Origin: an uncultured Bacteroidales bacterium | Lineage (GTDB): Bacteria; Bacteroidota; Bacteroidia; Bacteroidales; UBA7960 | DNA length: 64,000 nucleotides | Reading direction: 5' to 3' | NCBI GenBank assembly: GCA_964491395.1 | Contig: CAZBGI010000002.1 | Coordinates: 51,768-115,767 of the forward strand | In this document: positions 36,636 through 45,457 of the stretch, piece by piece | How the letters are laid out: every line of letters starts with the position of its first letter | How positions within the stretch are numbered: position 1 is the stretch's first letter | Made by a program: the position numbers and the translations under genes | The notes under the pieces: model-generated | The model's database searches: none | Told to the model about the DNA's origin: nothing | The model's input: only the letters and a program-made list of their open reading frames with translations

Positions 36636-38771
36636 ATGAAACTATATCAAACAAACGAGATTAAAAACATTGCTTTGACCGGAGGCACCAAATCCGGCAA
36701 AACGACCCTGGCTGAGGCCATGCTTTTTGAAGGAGGCGTTATAAACCGCAGGGGATCTGTTGATGATAAAAACTCTGTTTCTGACTACAGAGAGATTGAA
36801 CTTGAACGTCAGGCTTCTGTTTTTTCAACGGTGTTGTATTCGGAATATGCAGACAAGAAAATCAATATTATTGATACCCCCGGGTTTGATGATTTTATCG
36901 GTGAGGTAATAGCGGCATTAAAAGTTGCTGATACTGCCGTGATGGTGGTCAACGCACAAAACGGTGTTGAAGTAGGTACCGAAATAACCATGAGACAAAT
37001 CAACAGGCTTGAAAAGCCAGCCGTGTTTGTTCTTAATCAACTTGATCACGAAAAAGCCAATTTTGATGAGTCTGTAAGACAACTCAAAGCGCAGTTTGGT
37101 GACAAGGTTATTCCTGCCCAGTTTCCCGTGAATGCTGGTATTGGTTTTGATAGCGTGGTGGATGTTCTGGAAATGAAAATGTATAAGTTTCCCAAAGATG
37201 GAGGGAAACCTGAAATAACCGATATTCCTGCAGCTGAAAAAGACAAAGCAGATGAATTTCAAAATGCCATTATTGAGGCAGCTGCTGAAAGTGATGAAGC
37301 TTTGATGGAAAACTTTTTCGAGAATGGCACCCTCAGCCCTGAAGAACTATCACAAGGGATTAAACAAGGTATTGCAACCCGCACCATGTTCCCGTTGTTC
37401 TGTGTTTCTGCCAAACACAATCAGGGGGTAGCCCGTTTTCTTGATTTTGTGGCTGATAGCCTGCCTGCGCCCAACGAGGTGGCCAAAGAGAAAACCACAG
37501 AAGATAAAGAACTTTCTTTTGACCCTGCGAGCCCTGCAACAGCACTTATTTTTAAAACCGCCATTGAACCACACCTGGGAGAAATTTCTTTCTTTAAGGT
37601 ATATGAGGGTACGTTTACTGAAGCCATTGACCTGGTAAACAGCACTTCAGGTTCGAAGGAAAGGCTTTCACAATTGTTTGCTGTAGCAGGTAAGAACCGC
37701 CAGAAGATTGAAAAAGTATTCCCCGGCGATATTGCAGCTACCATTAAGCTGAAAGACAGCCATACCAACAGCACGCTCACAACAGGAAAAAACCAGGGAC
37801 TGGCTGTAGCACCTATTGTTTTCCCCGATGCTAAAATTCGTCAGGCTGTGAAAGCCAAAAATACTGCGGATGAAGAAAAACTTGCCGGTGTTCTCAAAGA
37901 GATGAACAATATTGACCCCACTCTTCAGTATGAGCATTCTAAAGAGTTGAAGCAGGTTATCCTTTCAGGTCAGGGAGAATTGCACCTGAATACAGCCAAG
38001 TGGATGATTGAAAATATCAGCAAAGTGGGCATTGAGTTCTTTTCTCCCAAAATTCCCTACAGGGAAACCATCACCAAAAATGCCAAAGCAACTTATCGTC
38101 ATAAGAAACAATCCGGTGGAGCAGGCCAGTTTGGTGAAGTACACATGATGATTGAACCTTACTACGAAGGTATGCCCAACCAAACTGAATTCCCCGTGCG
38201 TGGACAGGATATTCACGAACTGGAGTGGGGCGGCAAACTGGTATTTAATAACTGTATCGTAGGGGGTTCTATAGATGCACGTTTTATGCCTGCCATTCTC
38301 AAAGGGATCATGGAAAAAATGGAAGAAGGACCTCTCACCGGATCTTATGCCCGTGATATTGTGGTCAATGTTTATGATGGTAAAATGCACCCTGTTGACT
38401 CCAACGAAATCTCTTTCAAGCTGGCAGGTAGAAATGCTTTCCGTGAGGCATTCAAAAATGCAGGTCCCAAAATTCTTGAACCTATTTATGATGTGGAAGT
38501 CATGGTGCCCGAAGAAAAGATGGGTGATGTGATGACCGACCTGCAGGGACGTCGTGCCATCATCATGGGAATGGACTCAGAAGGAAATTACCAGATTATT
38601 AAAGCCAAGGTACCGTTGGCAGAAATGAATAAGTTCTCTACCACGTTGAGCTCACTCACCAGCGGCAGGGGCATGTATGGTATGAAGTATGCCGAATATC
38701 AGCAGGTACCTTCCGATGTTCAGGACAAATTGCTCAAAGCATACGAAGCCGAGCAGGAAGAGGAAGAATAG
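36636..38771 (+). CDS. elongation factor G paralogue with divergent G-domain motifs
   Basis: 711 aa with the five-domain EF-G layout. P-loop GGTKSGKT is intact. G3 reads DTPGFDDF (Phe codon 36885-36887 where canonical EF-G has His). G4 reads NQLD (37035-37046) instead of NKxD. The gene is not in an rpsL-rpsG-fusA context. Confidence 0.85.
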   Translation: MKLYQTNEIKNIALTGGTKSGKTTLAEAMLFEGGVINRRGSVDDKNSVSDYREIELERQASVFSTVLYSEYADKKINIIDTPGFDDFIGEVIAALKVADTAVMVVNAQNGVEVGTEITMRQINRLEKPAVFVLNQLDHEKANFDESVRQLKAQFGDKVIPAQFPVNAGIGFDSVVDVLEMKMYKFPKDGGKPEITDIPAAEKDKADEFQNAIIEAAAESDEALMENFFENGTLSPEELSQGIKQGIATRTMFPLFCVSAKHNQGVARFLDFVADSLPAPNEVAKEKTTEDKELSFDPASPATALIFKTAIEPHLGEISFFKVYEGTFTEAIDLVNSTSGSKERLSQLFAVAGKNRQKIEKVFPGDIAATIKLKDSHTNSTLTTGKNQGLAVAPIVFPDAKIRQAVKAKNTADEEKLAGVLKEMNNIDPTLQYEHSKELKQVILSGQGELHLNTAKWMIENISKVGIEFFSPKIPYRETITKNAKATYRHKKQSGGAGQFGEVHMMIEPYYEGMPNQTEFPVRGQDIHELEWGGKLVFNNCIVGGSIDARFMPAILKGIMEKMEEGPLTGSYARDIVVNVYDGKMHPVDSNEISFKLAGRNAFREAFKNAGPKILEPIYDVEVMVPEEKMGDVMTDLQGRRAIIMGMDSEGNYQIIKAKVPLAEMNKFSTTLSSLTSGRGMYGMKYAEYQQVPSDVQDKLLKAYEAEQEEEE

Positions 38772-38797
38772 TCTTTTCTGTATTGCCTGTAAGAATT

Positions 38798-38830
38798 GCC
38801 TCGCTGATAGTATGTCAGCGGGGCATTTTT
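38798..38830 (+). terminator. intrinsic terminator after the EF-G paralogue
   Basis: 10-bp stem GCCTCGCTGA (38798-38807) / TCAGCGGGGC (38815-38824, one G-U pair), 7-nt loop, then attttta. Confidence 0.65.
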
Positions 38831-39122
38831 AGTTTAATCTGCGCAGAGTATAGTTTGTAATTCCAGTCGTAACCCGTTGAATTTGCTCAACCATCAGGAG
38901 AAAGGGCAGCTAACAAACAAGACTTAAAACACTGGTTTTGCGAACAATGATGAGGGATCATTGCCAATTATCTGATGTTTCAGGCGGCAACGGTAATAGC
39001 AATCCCTCCAGGTAGTGAAAGTAACATCCCCTCCGGGCATGTGATTTTGTCCGGTGGCGAACTGGGTTTACCGTCGGAATAACACACTTGAATCTTTTGA
39101 CCCCTCATGTGCTTTTTTTTTA

Positions 39123-39130
39123 TAATTTTG
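39123..39130 (+). promoter_or_regulatory. Bacteroidota-type -7 box for the ileS operon
   Basis: TAATTTTG preceded by a T9 run, 77 nt upstream of ATG 39207. Confidence 0.45.
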
Positions 39131-39206
39131 CGCCTTTGATTGTAGAACCTGCCTGAAATGATTTACAAGGGTTTAAATAATAATTAGCAAAACACAATTT
39201 CAGCAT

Positions 39207-42200
39207 ATGGACAGAAAGTATCCTGAATATAAAAGACTCAATTTATCCCAGATTGGCAAAGATGTATTAAAAGAGTGGGAAGCCGGAAAGGTTTTTGAAA
39301 AGAGCCTTGAACTTCGCCAGGGACACAAGCCCTGGGTGTTCTATGAAGGTCCCCCCTCGGCCAATGGTCTTCCGGGAATACACCATGTCATGGCCCGGGC
39401 CATCAAAGATATTTTTTGCCGGTACCGCACCCAGAAAGGCTTCCTGGTAAACAGGAAAGCCGGTTGGGATACCCACGGGTTGCCGGTTGAAATCGGAGTT
39501 GAAAAACTTTTGGGCATAACCAAAGAAGATATCGGAACCAAAATTTCCATTGTTGATTATAACAAAGCATGCCGCAAAGATGTAATGAAGTTCAAGGATA
39601 CCTGGGACGAACTTACCCGCATCATGGGATATTGGGTTGACCTCAGCGATCCTTACATCACCTTCGACAACAAGTATATTGAAACCGTATGGCATCTTTT
39701 GAGCAAGCTATACGAAAAAGGGCTGCTTTACAAGGGCTATTCTATTCAACCCTATTCTCCTGCCGCCGGAACAGGATTGAGCACCCACGAACTCAACCAG
39801 CCTGGCTGTTACCGTATGGTGAAAGATAATTCTGTAACTGCCCAGTTCAAGTTGGTGCGCAATGAAACTTCAGAATTCCTGTTCGCCGACGGAGAAGATG
39901 AAGTGCATTTCCTGGCCTGGACAACCACCCCCTGGACATTGCCCAGCAATACCGGGCTTGCCGTGGGTAAAAATATTGATTATGTAAAAGTAAAAACCTT
40001 CAATCCCTATACTTTTCGACCTGTTACGGTTGTATTGGCCAAAGAGCTTATGCACAGCTTTTTTGATCCTAAAAATGCCGGACTGGCAATGGAGGATTAC
40101 AATGAAGGGGATAAGAAAATTCCCTATCAGGTTGTTAAAGTGTATAAAGGAAGTCAGTTGGAGAATATTCATTATGAACAACTTCTTCCTTCTATCGTAC
40201 CGGAAGAAGGAGATTCTTTCAAGGTGGTGCTGGGCGATTTTGTTACCACAGAAGACGGAACAGGTATCGTGCATATTGCACCCAGTTTTGGTGCTGATGA
40301 CTTTAAAGTGGGCAAGCAATACAACCTGGGTGCCCTGACCATGGTCAACAAGCAGGGGCGATTTGTGGATGAAATGCCTGATTTTGGCGGACGATATGTA
40401 AAACCGGAATATGATCCGGAGTTTGATCCCAAAAAGGATCGTCCGGTAGATGTAGATATCATCATCAAACTGAAAACCGAAAACAAGGCCTTCAAGGCGG
40501 AGAAATATGAACACTCCTATCCACATTGCTGGAGAACCGATAAACCCATATTGTATTATCCGTTGGATTCGTGGTTTATCAAAACTACCGCTTTGAAAGA
40601 CAGGATGATCGAGCTCAACAAAACCATCCAATGGAAACCTGAATCTACCGGTACGGGACGTTTTGGGAACTGGCTTGAGAACCTGCAGGACTGGAATCTG
40701 AGCCGTTCGCGGTACTGGGGGGTTCCATTGCCGGTATGGGCTACAGAAGACCGGGAAGAAATGATATGCATTGGTTCGCTGGAACAACTCAAAGAAGAGT
40801 GCGACAAATCGGTGAAGGCGGGCTATATGAAGTCCAATCCTCTTGCCGGCTTCAAAGCAGGAGATATGTCCAAAGACAATTATGCTGTTTTTGATATGCA
40901 CAGGCCCCAGGTGGATGAGGTGATTCTGGTATCAGCTACAGGAAAGAAAATGCACCGTGAAACAGATCTTATCGATGTGTGGTTCGATTCCGGCTCCATG
41001 CCCTATGCACAGTTCCATTTTCCTTTTGAAAACAAAGAGCAGTTTGAGCAAAATTTTCCGGCCGATTTTATCGCCGAAGGGGTTGATCAGACCCGTGGCT
41101 GGTTCTTTACCTTGCATGCCATTGCTACCATGCTTTTTGATTCAGTATCATTTAAAACGGTTGTTTCCAACGGGCTGGTGCTCGACAAAAAAGGCAATAA
41201 AATGTCCAAGCGTTTGGGCAATGCTGTGGATCCCTTTGAAACCATTGAAAAATATGGCCCCGATGCCACACGCTGGTATATGATTACCAATGCCCAACCC
41301 TGGGATAATCTCAAGTTTGACCTGGAAGGAGTTGCAGAAGTACAACGCAAGTTTTTTGGCACTTTGTACAATACTTACGCCTTTTTTGCTTTGTATGCCA
41401 ATATCGATGGATTCTCCTACAAAGAGCCTGAAGTGCCATTGAAAAATCGTCCTGAAATTGACCGTTGGATTCTTTCGGAGCTCAATACCCTTATAATCAA
41501 AGTGGATGGTTGTTATCATGATTTTGAACCCACACGTGCCGGAAGGCTTATCCAGGATTTTGTAGATGAACACCTTAGCAACTGGTATGTTCGGTTGTGT
41601 CGGCGCAGATTCTGGAAAGGCGAATACACCGAGGATAAAATTTCTGCTTATCAGACGCTTTATCGCTGCCTGGAAGTCGTTAGCCAGCTTGCTTCTCCCA
41701 TAGCCCCTTTCTTCAGCGATCGCTTGTTTACCGACCTTAACCAGGTCAGCCAGCGCTCAGAACATATTTCTGTTCATCTTACAGACTTTCCCGTTTTTGA
41801 TGCTGCCTTTGTGGACAGGGATCTGGAGGAGAGAATGCAACTGGCCCAGAAAATTTCTTCCCTGGTGCTGGGACTTCGGAAAAAAGTAAACATCAGGGTA
41901 AGACAACCTCTGCAGAAAATCATGGTTCCCGTGCTGGACGAGAAATTCAGGGCACAACTGGAAGGCGTCGAAAACCTGATTCTCTCGGAAGTGAATGTGA
42001 AAGAGCTCGAATACCTGACCGAAACCACGGGAGTATTGGTGAAAAAGATAAAACCCAATTTTAAAACCCTCGGACCCAAGTATGGTAAGTTAATGAAACA
42101 GATTGCTGCTGCAGTTGCCGGTTTTGGCCAGGAGGAGATAGCACGGATAGAAACAGAAGGAGCTTATACCCTTGACGTTGCAGGACAAACTGTTTCTTTG

Positions 42201-42575
42201 GGTGCTGAAGATGTTGAAATTACTTCTGAGGATATTCCGGGGTGGCTGGTAGCTGCTGAAGGTAAGGTTACGGTTGCGCTGGATATTACCATTAACGAAG
42301 ATTTAAGACAGGAAGGTATCGCCCGCGAACTGATTAACAGAATCCAGAACCTGAGGAAAGAAAATGACCTCGAAGTAACCGATAAAATCGAGCTATGGGT
42401 GCAAAAACATGATCAAATATCTGATGCAATAGTCAACAATAATGATTATATTTGCTCTGAAACATTGGCTGAAAAACTATATTATGTCGATAGTCTGGAG
42501 GGGGAACCCAAAACACAGGTAGACATAGAAGACGATGTAAAAACATTTGTTTTCATCCGTAAGGCAAAAAAATAA
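39207..42575 (+). CDS. ileS: isoleucine--tRNA ligase (long, type 2 form)
   Basis: PPSANGLPGIHHV (HIGH), KMSKRLGN (KMSKS), a CP1 editing domain, 1122 aa. Confidence 0.97.
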   Translation: MDRKYPEYKRLNLSQIGKDVLKEWEAGKVFEKSLELRQGHKPWVFYEGPPSANGLPGIHHVMARAIKDIFCRYRTQKGFLVNRKAGWDTHGLPVEIGVEKLLGITKEDIGTKISIVDYNKACRKDVMKFKDTWDELTRIMGYWVDLSDPYITFDNKYIETVWHLLSKLYEKGLLYKGYSIQPYSPAAGTGLSTHELNQPGCYRMVKDNSVTAQFKLVRNETSEFLFADGEDEVHFLAWTTTPWTLPSNTGLAVGKNIDYVKVKTFNPYTFRPVTVVLAKELMHSFFDPKNAGLAMEDYNEGDKKIPYQVVKVYKGSQLENIHYEQLLPSIVPEEGDSFKVVLGDFVTTEDGTGIVHIAPSFGADDFKVGKQYNLGALTMVNKQGRFVDEMPDFGGRYVKPEYDPEFDPKKDRPVDVDIIIKLKTENKAFKAEKYEHSYPHCWRTDKPILYYPLDSWFIKTTALKDRMIELNKTIQWKPESTGTGRFGNWLENLQDWNLSRSRYWGVPLPVWATEDREEMICIGSLEQLKEECDKSVKAGYMKSNPLAGFKAGDMSKDNYAVFDMHRPQVDEVILVSATGKKMHRETDLIDVWFDSGSMPYAQFHFPFENKEQFEQNFPADFIAEGVDQTRGWFFTLHAIATMLFDSVSFKTVVSNGLVLDKKGNKMSKRLGNAVDPFETIEKYGPDATRWYMITNAQPWDNLKFDLEGVAEVQRKFFGTLYNTYAFFALYANIDGFSYKEPEVPLKNRPEIDRWILSELNTLIIKVDGCYHDFEPTRAGRLIQDFVDEHLSNWYVRLCRRRFWKGEYTEDKISAYQTLYRCLEVVSQLASPIAPFFSDRLFTDLNQVSQRSEHISVHLTDFPVFDAAFVDRDLEERMQLAQKISSLVLGLRKKVNIRVRQPLQKIMVPVLDEKFRAQLEGVENLILSEVNVKELEYLTETTGVLVKKIKPNFKTLGPKYGKLMKQIAAAVAGFGQEEIARIETEGAYTLDVAGQTVSLGAEDVEITSEDIPGWLVAAEGKVTVALDITINEDLRQEGIARELINRIQNLRKENDLEVTDKIELWVQKHDQISDAIVNNNDYICSETLAEKLYYVDSLEGEPKTQVDIEDDVKTFVFIRKAKK

Positions 42576-42594
42576 ACGATAAAACCCTATAGAT

Positions 42595-42990
42595 ATGGAA
42601 ACCAAAAAAGAAAAAACAAGATATTCAGATGAAGAGCTGCAGGAGTTCAAAGGCATCATTATGAAAAAGCTTGAAGAAGCCAAAGCCGGTCTGAAAATTC
42701 TTACCGAAGCATATACTACCCAAAATGCCAATGATACCAACGACACTTCCCCTTCGTTCAAAATTCTCGAAGAGGGGTCTCAGGTATTATCCAAAGAAGA
42801 AAACAGCCAGCTTGCTGCCCGCCAGCAAAAGTTTATCCGCGATTTGGAGAACGCACTTATCCGCATTGAAAACAAATCGTACGGTATTTGCCGTGCCACC
42901 GGCAAACTCATTTCCAAAGAACGTTTGAGAAGTGTTCCCCATGCTACCCTTAGCATTGAAGCAAAACTTAATCAGAACACAAAAAAATAG
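42595..42990 (+). CDS. DksA/TraR-family protein with a degenerate zinc finger
   Basis: Coiled-coil N-part and C-terminal YGICRATGKLISKERLRSVPHATLSIEAK. The spacing matches the DksA C4 finger, but only one of the four Cys is present. The ileS-dksA-like-lspA order is common. Confidence 0.65.
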   Translation: METKKEKTRYSDEELQEFKGIIMKKLEEAKAGLKILTEAYTTQNANDTNDTSPSFKILEEGSQVLSKEENSQLAARQQKFIRDLENALIRIENKSYGICRATGKLISKERLRSVPHATLSIEAKLNQNTKK

Positions 42991-43653
42991 ATGGCGGCTT
43001 TACACCTAAAGAAAAAGCATATCCCCTGGATTGTTGTATTTCTGGTTTTGCTGGTTGACCAAACCACCAAAATTATTGTAAAAACTTCGATGACACTGGG
43101 AGAAGGAATTCCTGTGTTTGGTGAATGGTCGTATATCTATTTCATTGAAAATGAGGGTATGGCTTTTGGGATGCAGTTTTCCGGCGAATACGGAAAGCTG
43201 ATACTGAGTGTTTTCCGTATTGTCGCCGTGGGGTTTATTGGTTGGTATATCGTGAAACTGGTCAAACAAAATGTGCATACCGGGCTGATTATTTGCATTT
43301 CCATGATCATGGCCGGGGCACTGGGAAACATCATTGATAGTGCTTTTTATGGATTGTTGTTCTCCGAGAGTACTTTTATCCAAACGGCTGAATTTTTACC
43401 CCAGGGAGGCGGATATGCTTCCTTTTTGCACGGTAAAGTAGTAGATATGCTTTACTTTCCTCTCATTCATATCACTATACCCCAGTGGTTTCCCTTCTGG
43501 TCCGGAGAGCCGTTTATCTTTTTCCGGCCGGTATTTAATGTTGCCGATTCGGCCATTTCTGTTGGTGTGGTTATCCTGCTTGTCTTCCAGAAAAAATTCT
43601 TTGCCCACGAAAAGGAGGATAAGGCTAACAAGGAAACATCACTTTCAGTTTAG
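42991..43653 (+). CDS. lspA: lipoprotein signal peptidase (signal peptidase II)
   Basis: Four TM helices, GNIIDS and FNVADSAISVG (the two catalytic Asp regions). The start abuts the previous stop. Confidence 0.9.
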   Translation: MAALHLKKKHIPWIVVFLVLLVDQTTKIIVKTSMTLGEGIPVFGEWSYIYFIENEGMAFGMQFSGEYGKLILSVFRIVAVGFIGWYIVKLVKQNVHTGLIICISMIMAGALGNIIDSAFYGLLFSESTFIQTAEFLPQGGGYASFLHGKVVDMLYFPLIHITIPQWFPFWSGEPFIFFRPVFNVADSAISVGVVILLVFQKKFFAHEKEDKANKETSLSV

Positions 43654-43715
43654 TTTGCCGGGCAGTAATTGTATTTCTGTTCTGTCAGGAACAACCCTAA
43701 ATTACCATCTTCTTT

Positions 43716-44489
43716 ATGAGTGGATTCCTTTTCGAACAAATAATCTTTGGCCCCATAAAAAGCCGGCGCCTGGGTATTTCGCTGGGGGTGAATTTACTTC
43801 CCACGGCGCGCAAGCATTGCACTTTTAATTGTATATATTGCGAATGCGGATGGACCCGAACGCATGAGGTGGAGAAGGGATTCCCGGTAGCAGGTCAAAT
43901 TCGGGAAGCTCTGGAGGAAAAGCTTTCGGCAATGAGGAAAAAAAATGCGTTGCTCGATTCCATCACTTTTGCCGGTAACGGAGAACCCACCATCCATCCC
44001 GAATTTGCGCAGATTGTTGATGATACGCTGGAACTGAGAGATCAGTATTTCCCGGATGCCCTGGTGTCGGTTTTAACCAACTCCAGCAAAGCTTCAGATC
44101 CTAAAGTAGCAAAGGCATTGCTGAAAACCGATCAGCCTATCCTGAAGCTTGATGCCGGTACAGATGAAACTTTTCAGCAAATCAACAATCCCCGGATGAA
44201 TGTTTCCCTGGATCAGATTCTTTCTTCTCTGGAAAAGTTTAAAGGGAAAGCCATTATTCAGACACTTTTCGTGAAAGGAACGTACAATGGGCAATATGTT
44301 GATAATTCGACAGATGAAGAAGTGGAAAAATGGTTGGGCCATTTGCAGAAAATCCAACCCCGGTTGGTCATGATATACCCCATTGCCCGCAGCACCCCGG
44401 AAGAATCCCTGCAAAAAATTCCCTTTGAAAGACTCATGGAAATTGCCCGGAAAGTAGAAGCTCTTGGCTTTGAAGCGGAGGTTTATTGA
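43716..44489 (+). CDS. radical SAM protein, function unknown
   Basis: GPIKSRRLGISLGVNLLP..CTFNCIYCECGW contains the CxxxCxxC 4Fe-4S/SAM cluster motif. 257 aa. Confidence 0.75.
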   Translation: MSGFLFEQIIFGPIKSRRLGISLGVNLLPTARKHCTFNCIYCECGWTRTHEVEKGFPVAGQIREALEEKLSAMRKKNALLDSITFAGNGEPTIHPEFAQIVDDTLELRDQYFPDALVSVLTNSSKASDPKVAKALLKTDQPILKLDAGTDETFQQINNPRMNVSLDQILSSLEKFKGKAIIQTLFVKGTYNGQYVDNSTDEEVEKWLGHLQKIQPRLVMIYPIARSTPEESLQKIPFERLMEIARKVEALGFEAEVY

Positions 44490-44560
44490 TTTTCTTTTGA
44501 ACCATTGCCGGCAAACAGGCGTTTAAAGAGCAGTTATAAACCTTTAAACGCCTGAAAATT

Positions 44561-44791
44561 ATGTGGAAAGAAGAAAATAACCAGCTGGTAAAGAGTTTCG
44601 AATTCAACGATTTTATCTCTGCATTCTCTTTCATGACCCGCGTGGCTCTGGCTGCCGAGAAGATGAGCCATCACCCTGATTGGAGCAATGTTTACAACAA
44701 AGTGCAAATAAGGCTTTCAACCCATGATGCAGGGGGTGTGGTCACAGACAAAGACCGCAAGCTCGCTCAAGCCATTGATGATTTGGTGTAA
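44561..44791 (+). CDS. 4a-hydroxytetrahydrobiopterin dehydratase (pterin-4-alpha-carbinolamine dehydratase)
   Basis: 76 aa. F.F.DF..AF.FM..VA..AE...HHPDW.NVYN.V...L.THD matches the PCD/DCoH signature. Confidence 0.85.
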   Translation: MWKEENNQLVKSFEFNDFISAFSFMTRVALAAEKMSHHPDWSNVYNKVQIRLSTHDAGGVVTDKDRKLAQAIDDLV

Positions 44792-44793
44792 CA

Positions 44794-45063
44794 TTAGGCC
44801 GCGTCCTGCTTGAGAAACCTTCTCTGGTTTTCTTTGTGGATAACCGTAACAAGTTGGTTGACCGTTGAAAGTTGCTCTTCCAGGCCATTTTCCAGTCGGA
44901 TGTTGAAATGGTTTTCCACATTATACAGCAACAGATTGAGCTCCCAGGTTGAAAGGCCAAAATCATCATAAAAATGGGCTGTATAAGAGGGAGAACCTCT
45001 GAAAACCCTCATCTCTTTATGCAGGATGAATTTTATTTTCCCGTGAATTTCTGAATAGGTCAT
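44794..45063 (-). CDS. small acyl-carrier-protein-like protein (hypothetical)
   Basis: 89 aa. HFYDDFGLSTWELNLLLYNVENHFNIRL mirrors the ACP helix II region (F.EDLGADSLD.VELVMALEE.F...I), with a Ser (S38) at the phosphopantetheine position. This is the last gene of the minus-strand efflux operon. Pattern match only. Confidence 0.35.
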   Translation of the reverse strand: MTYSEIHGKIKFILHKEMRVFRGSPSYTAHFYDDFGLSTWELNLLLYNVENHFNIRLENGLEEQLSTVNQLVTVIHKENQRRFLKQDAA

Positions 45064-45109
45064 ATTATGTTGTTTTATGGTTGAATAATTGTAAGGATCA
45101 ATAAAATTG

Positions 45110-45403
45110 TTATACGGTTTCTTCTATATGCCAGGTGAAAGCCCTCATGCCTTGCATCTCTGCTGATTCATTGAGTTTTTTCACCCCTGCCAGAATTTCT
45201 TGTGCAAGCTCTTCATTTACAACCGAAAGGATGGCTGAGTTCATTGCCGGCCATGTATGTGTTCCCATGTGGGGTTCTCCTTTATGAGAGCCACGCCCTT
45301 TTACATCCTGCCATTGTGAAAATCCGCGGGCATTGAGTTTGTCTAGCATCTCTGTAACCCGCTCTGTCAGAGCCTGGTTAAAAACGATAAATACTGCTTT
45401 CAT
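45110..45403 (-). CDS. small P-II-fold-like transporter-associated protein (PG0541-like)
   Basis: 97 aa, beta-alpha-beta pattern (MKAVFIVFNQALTERVTEMLDKLNARGFS...). Sits directly downstream of the RND pump, where Bacteroidota commonly carry a protein that, as I recall, is annotated PG0541-family transporter-associated. Confidence 0.45.
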   Translation of the reverse strand: MKAVFIVFNQALTERVTEMLDKLNARGFSQWQDVKGRGSHKGEPHMGTHTWPAMNSAILSVVNEELAQEILAGVKKLNESAEMQGMRAFTWHIEETV

Positions 45404-45457
45404 GTTACGTCAGGTTTGAATGATGGTAAAATATTTCGAAAAGGCTGCTGCAAACCC

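Noticed and set aside
38896-38910. aggagaaagggcagc, superficially like the RNase P RNA GGAGGAAAGUCCGGGC P4 segment
   Set aside because: The match is only partial, and the other universally conserved RNase P segments are absent from the spacer on either strand.
38980-39108. 42-codon minus-strand ORF in the EF-G/ileS spacer
   Set aside because: It is too short, has no -7 box or recognisable family, and would run into the ileS promoter region. It is mentioned in a finding but not called as a gene.
39870-40901. 343-aa ORF antisense to ileS
   Set aside because: Same reasoning: it is fully nested antisense to a conserved aaRS gene, has biased composition and has no independent signals.
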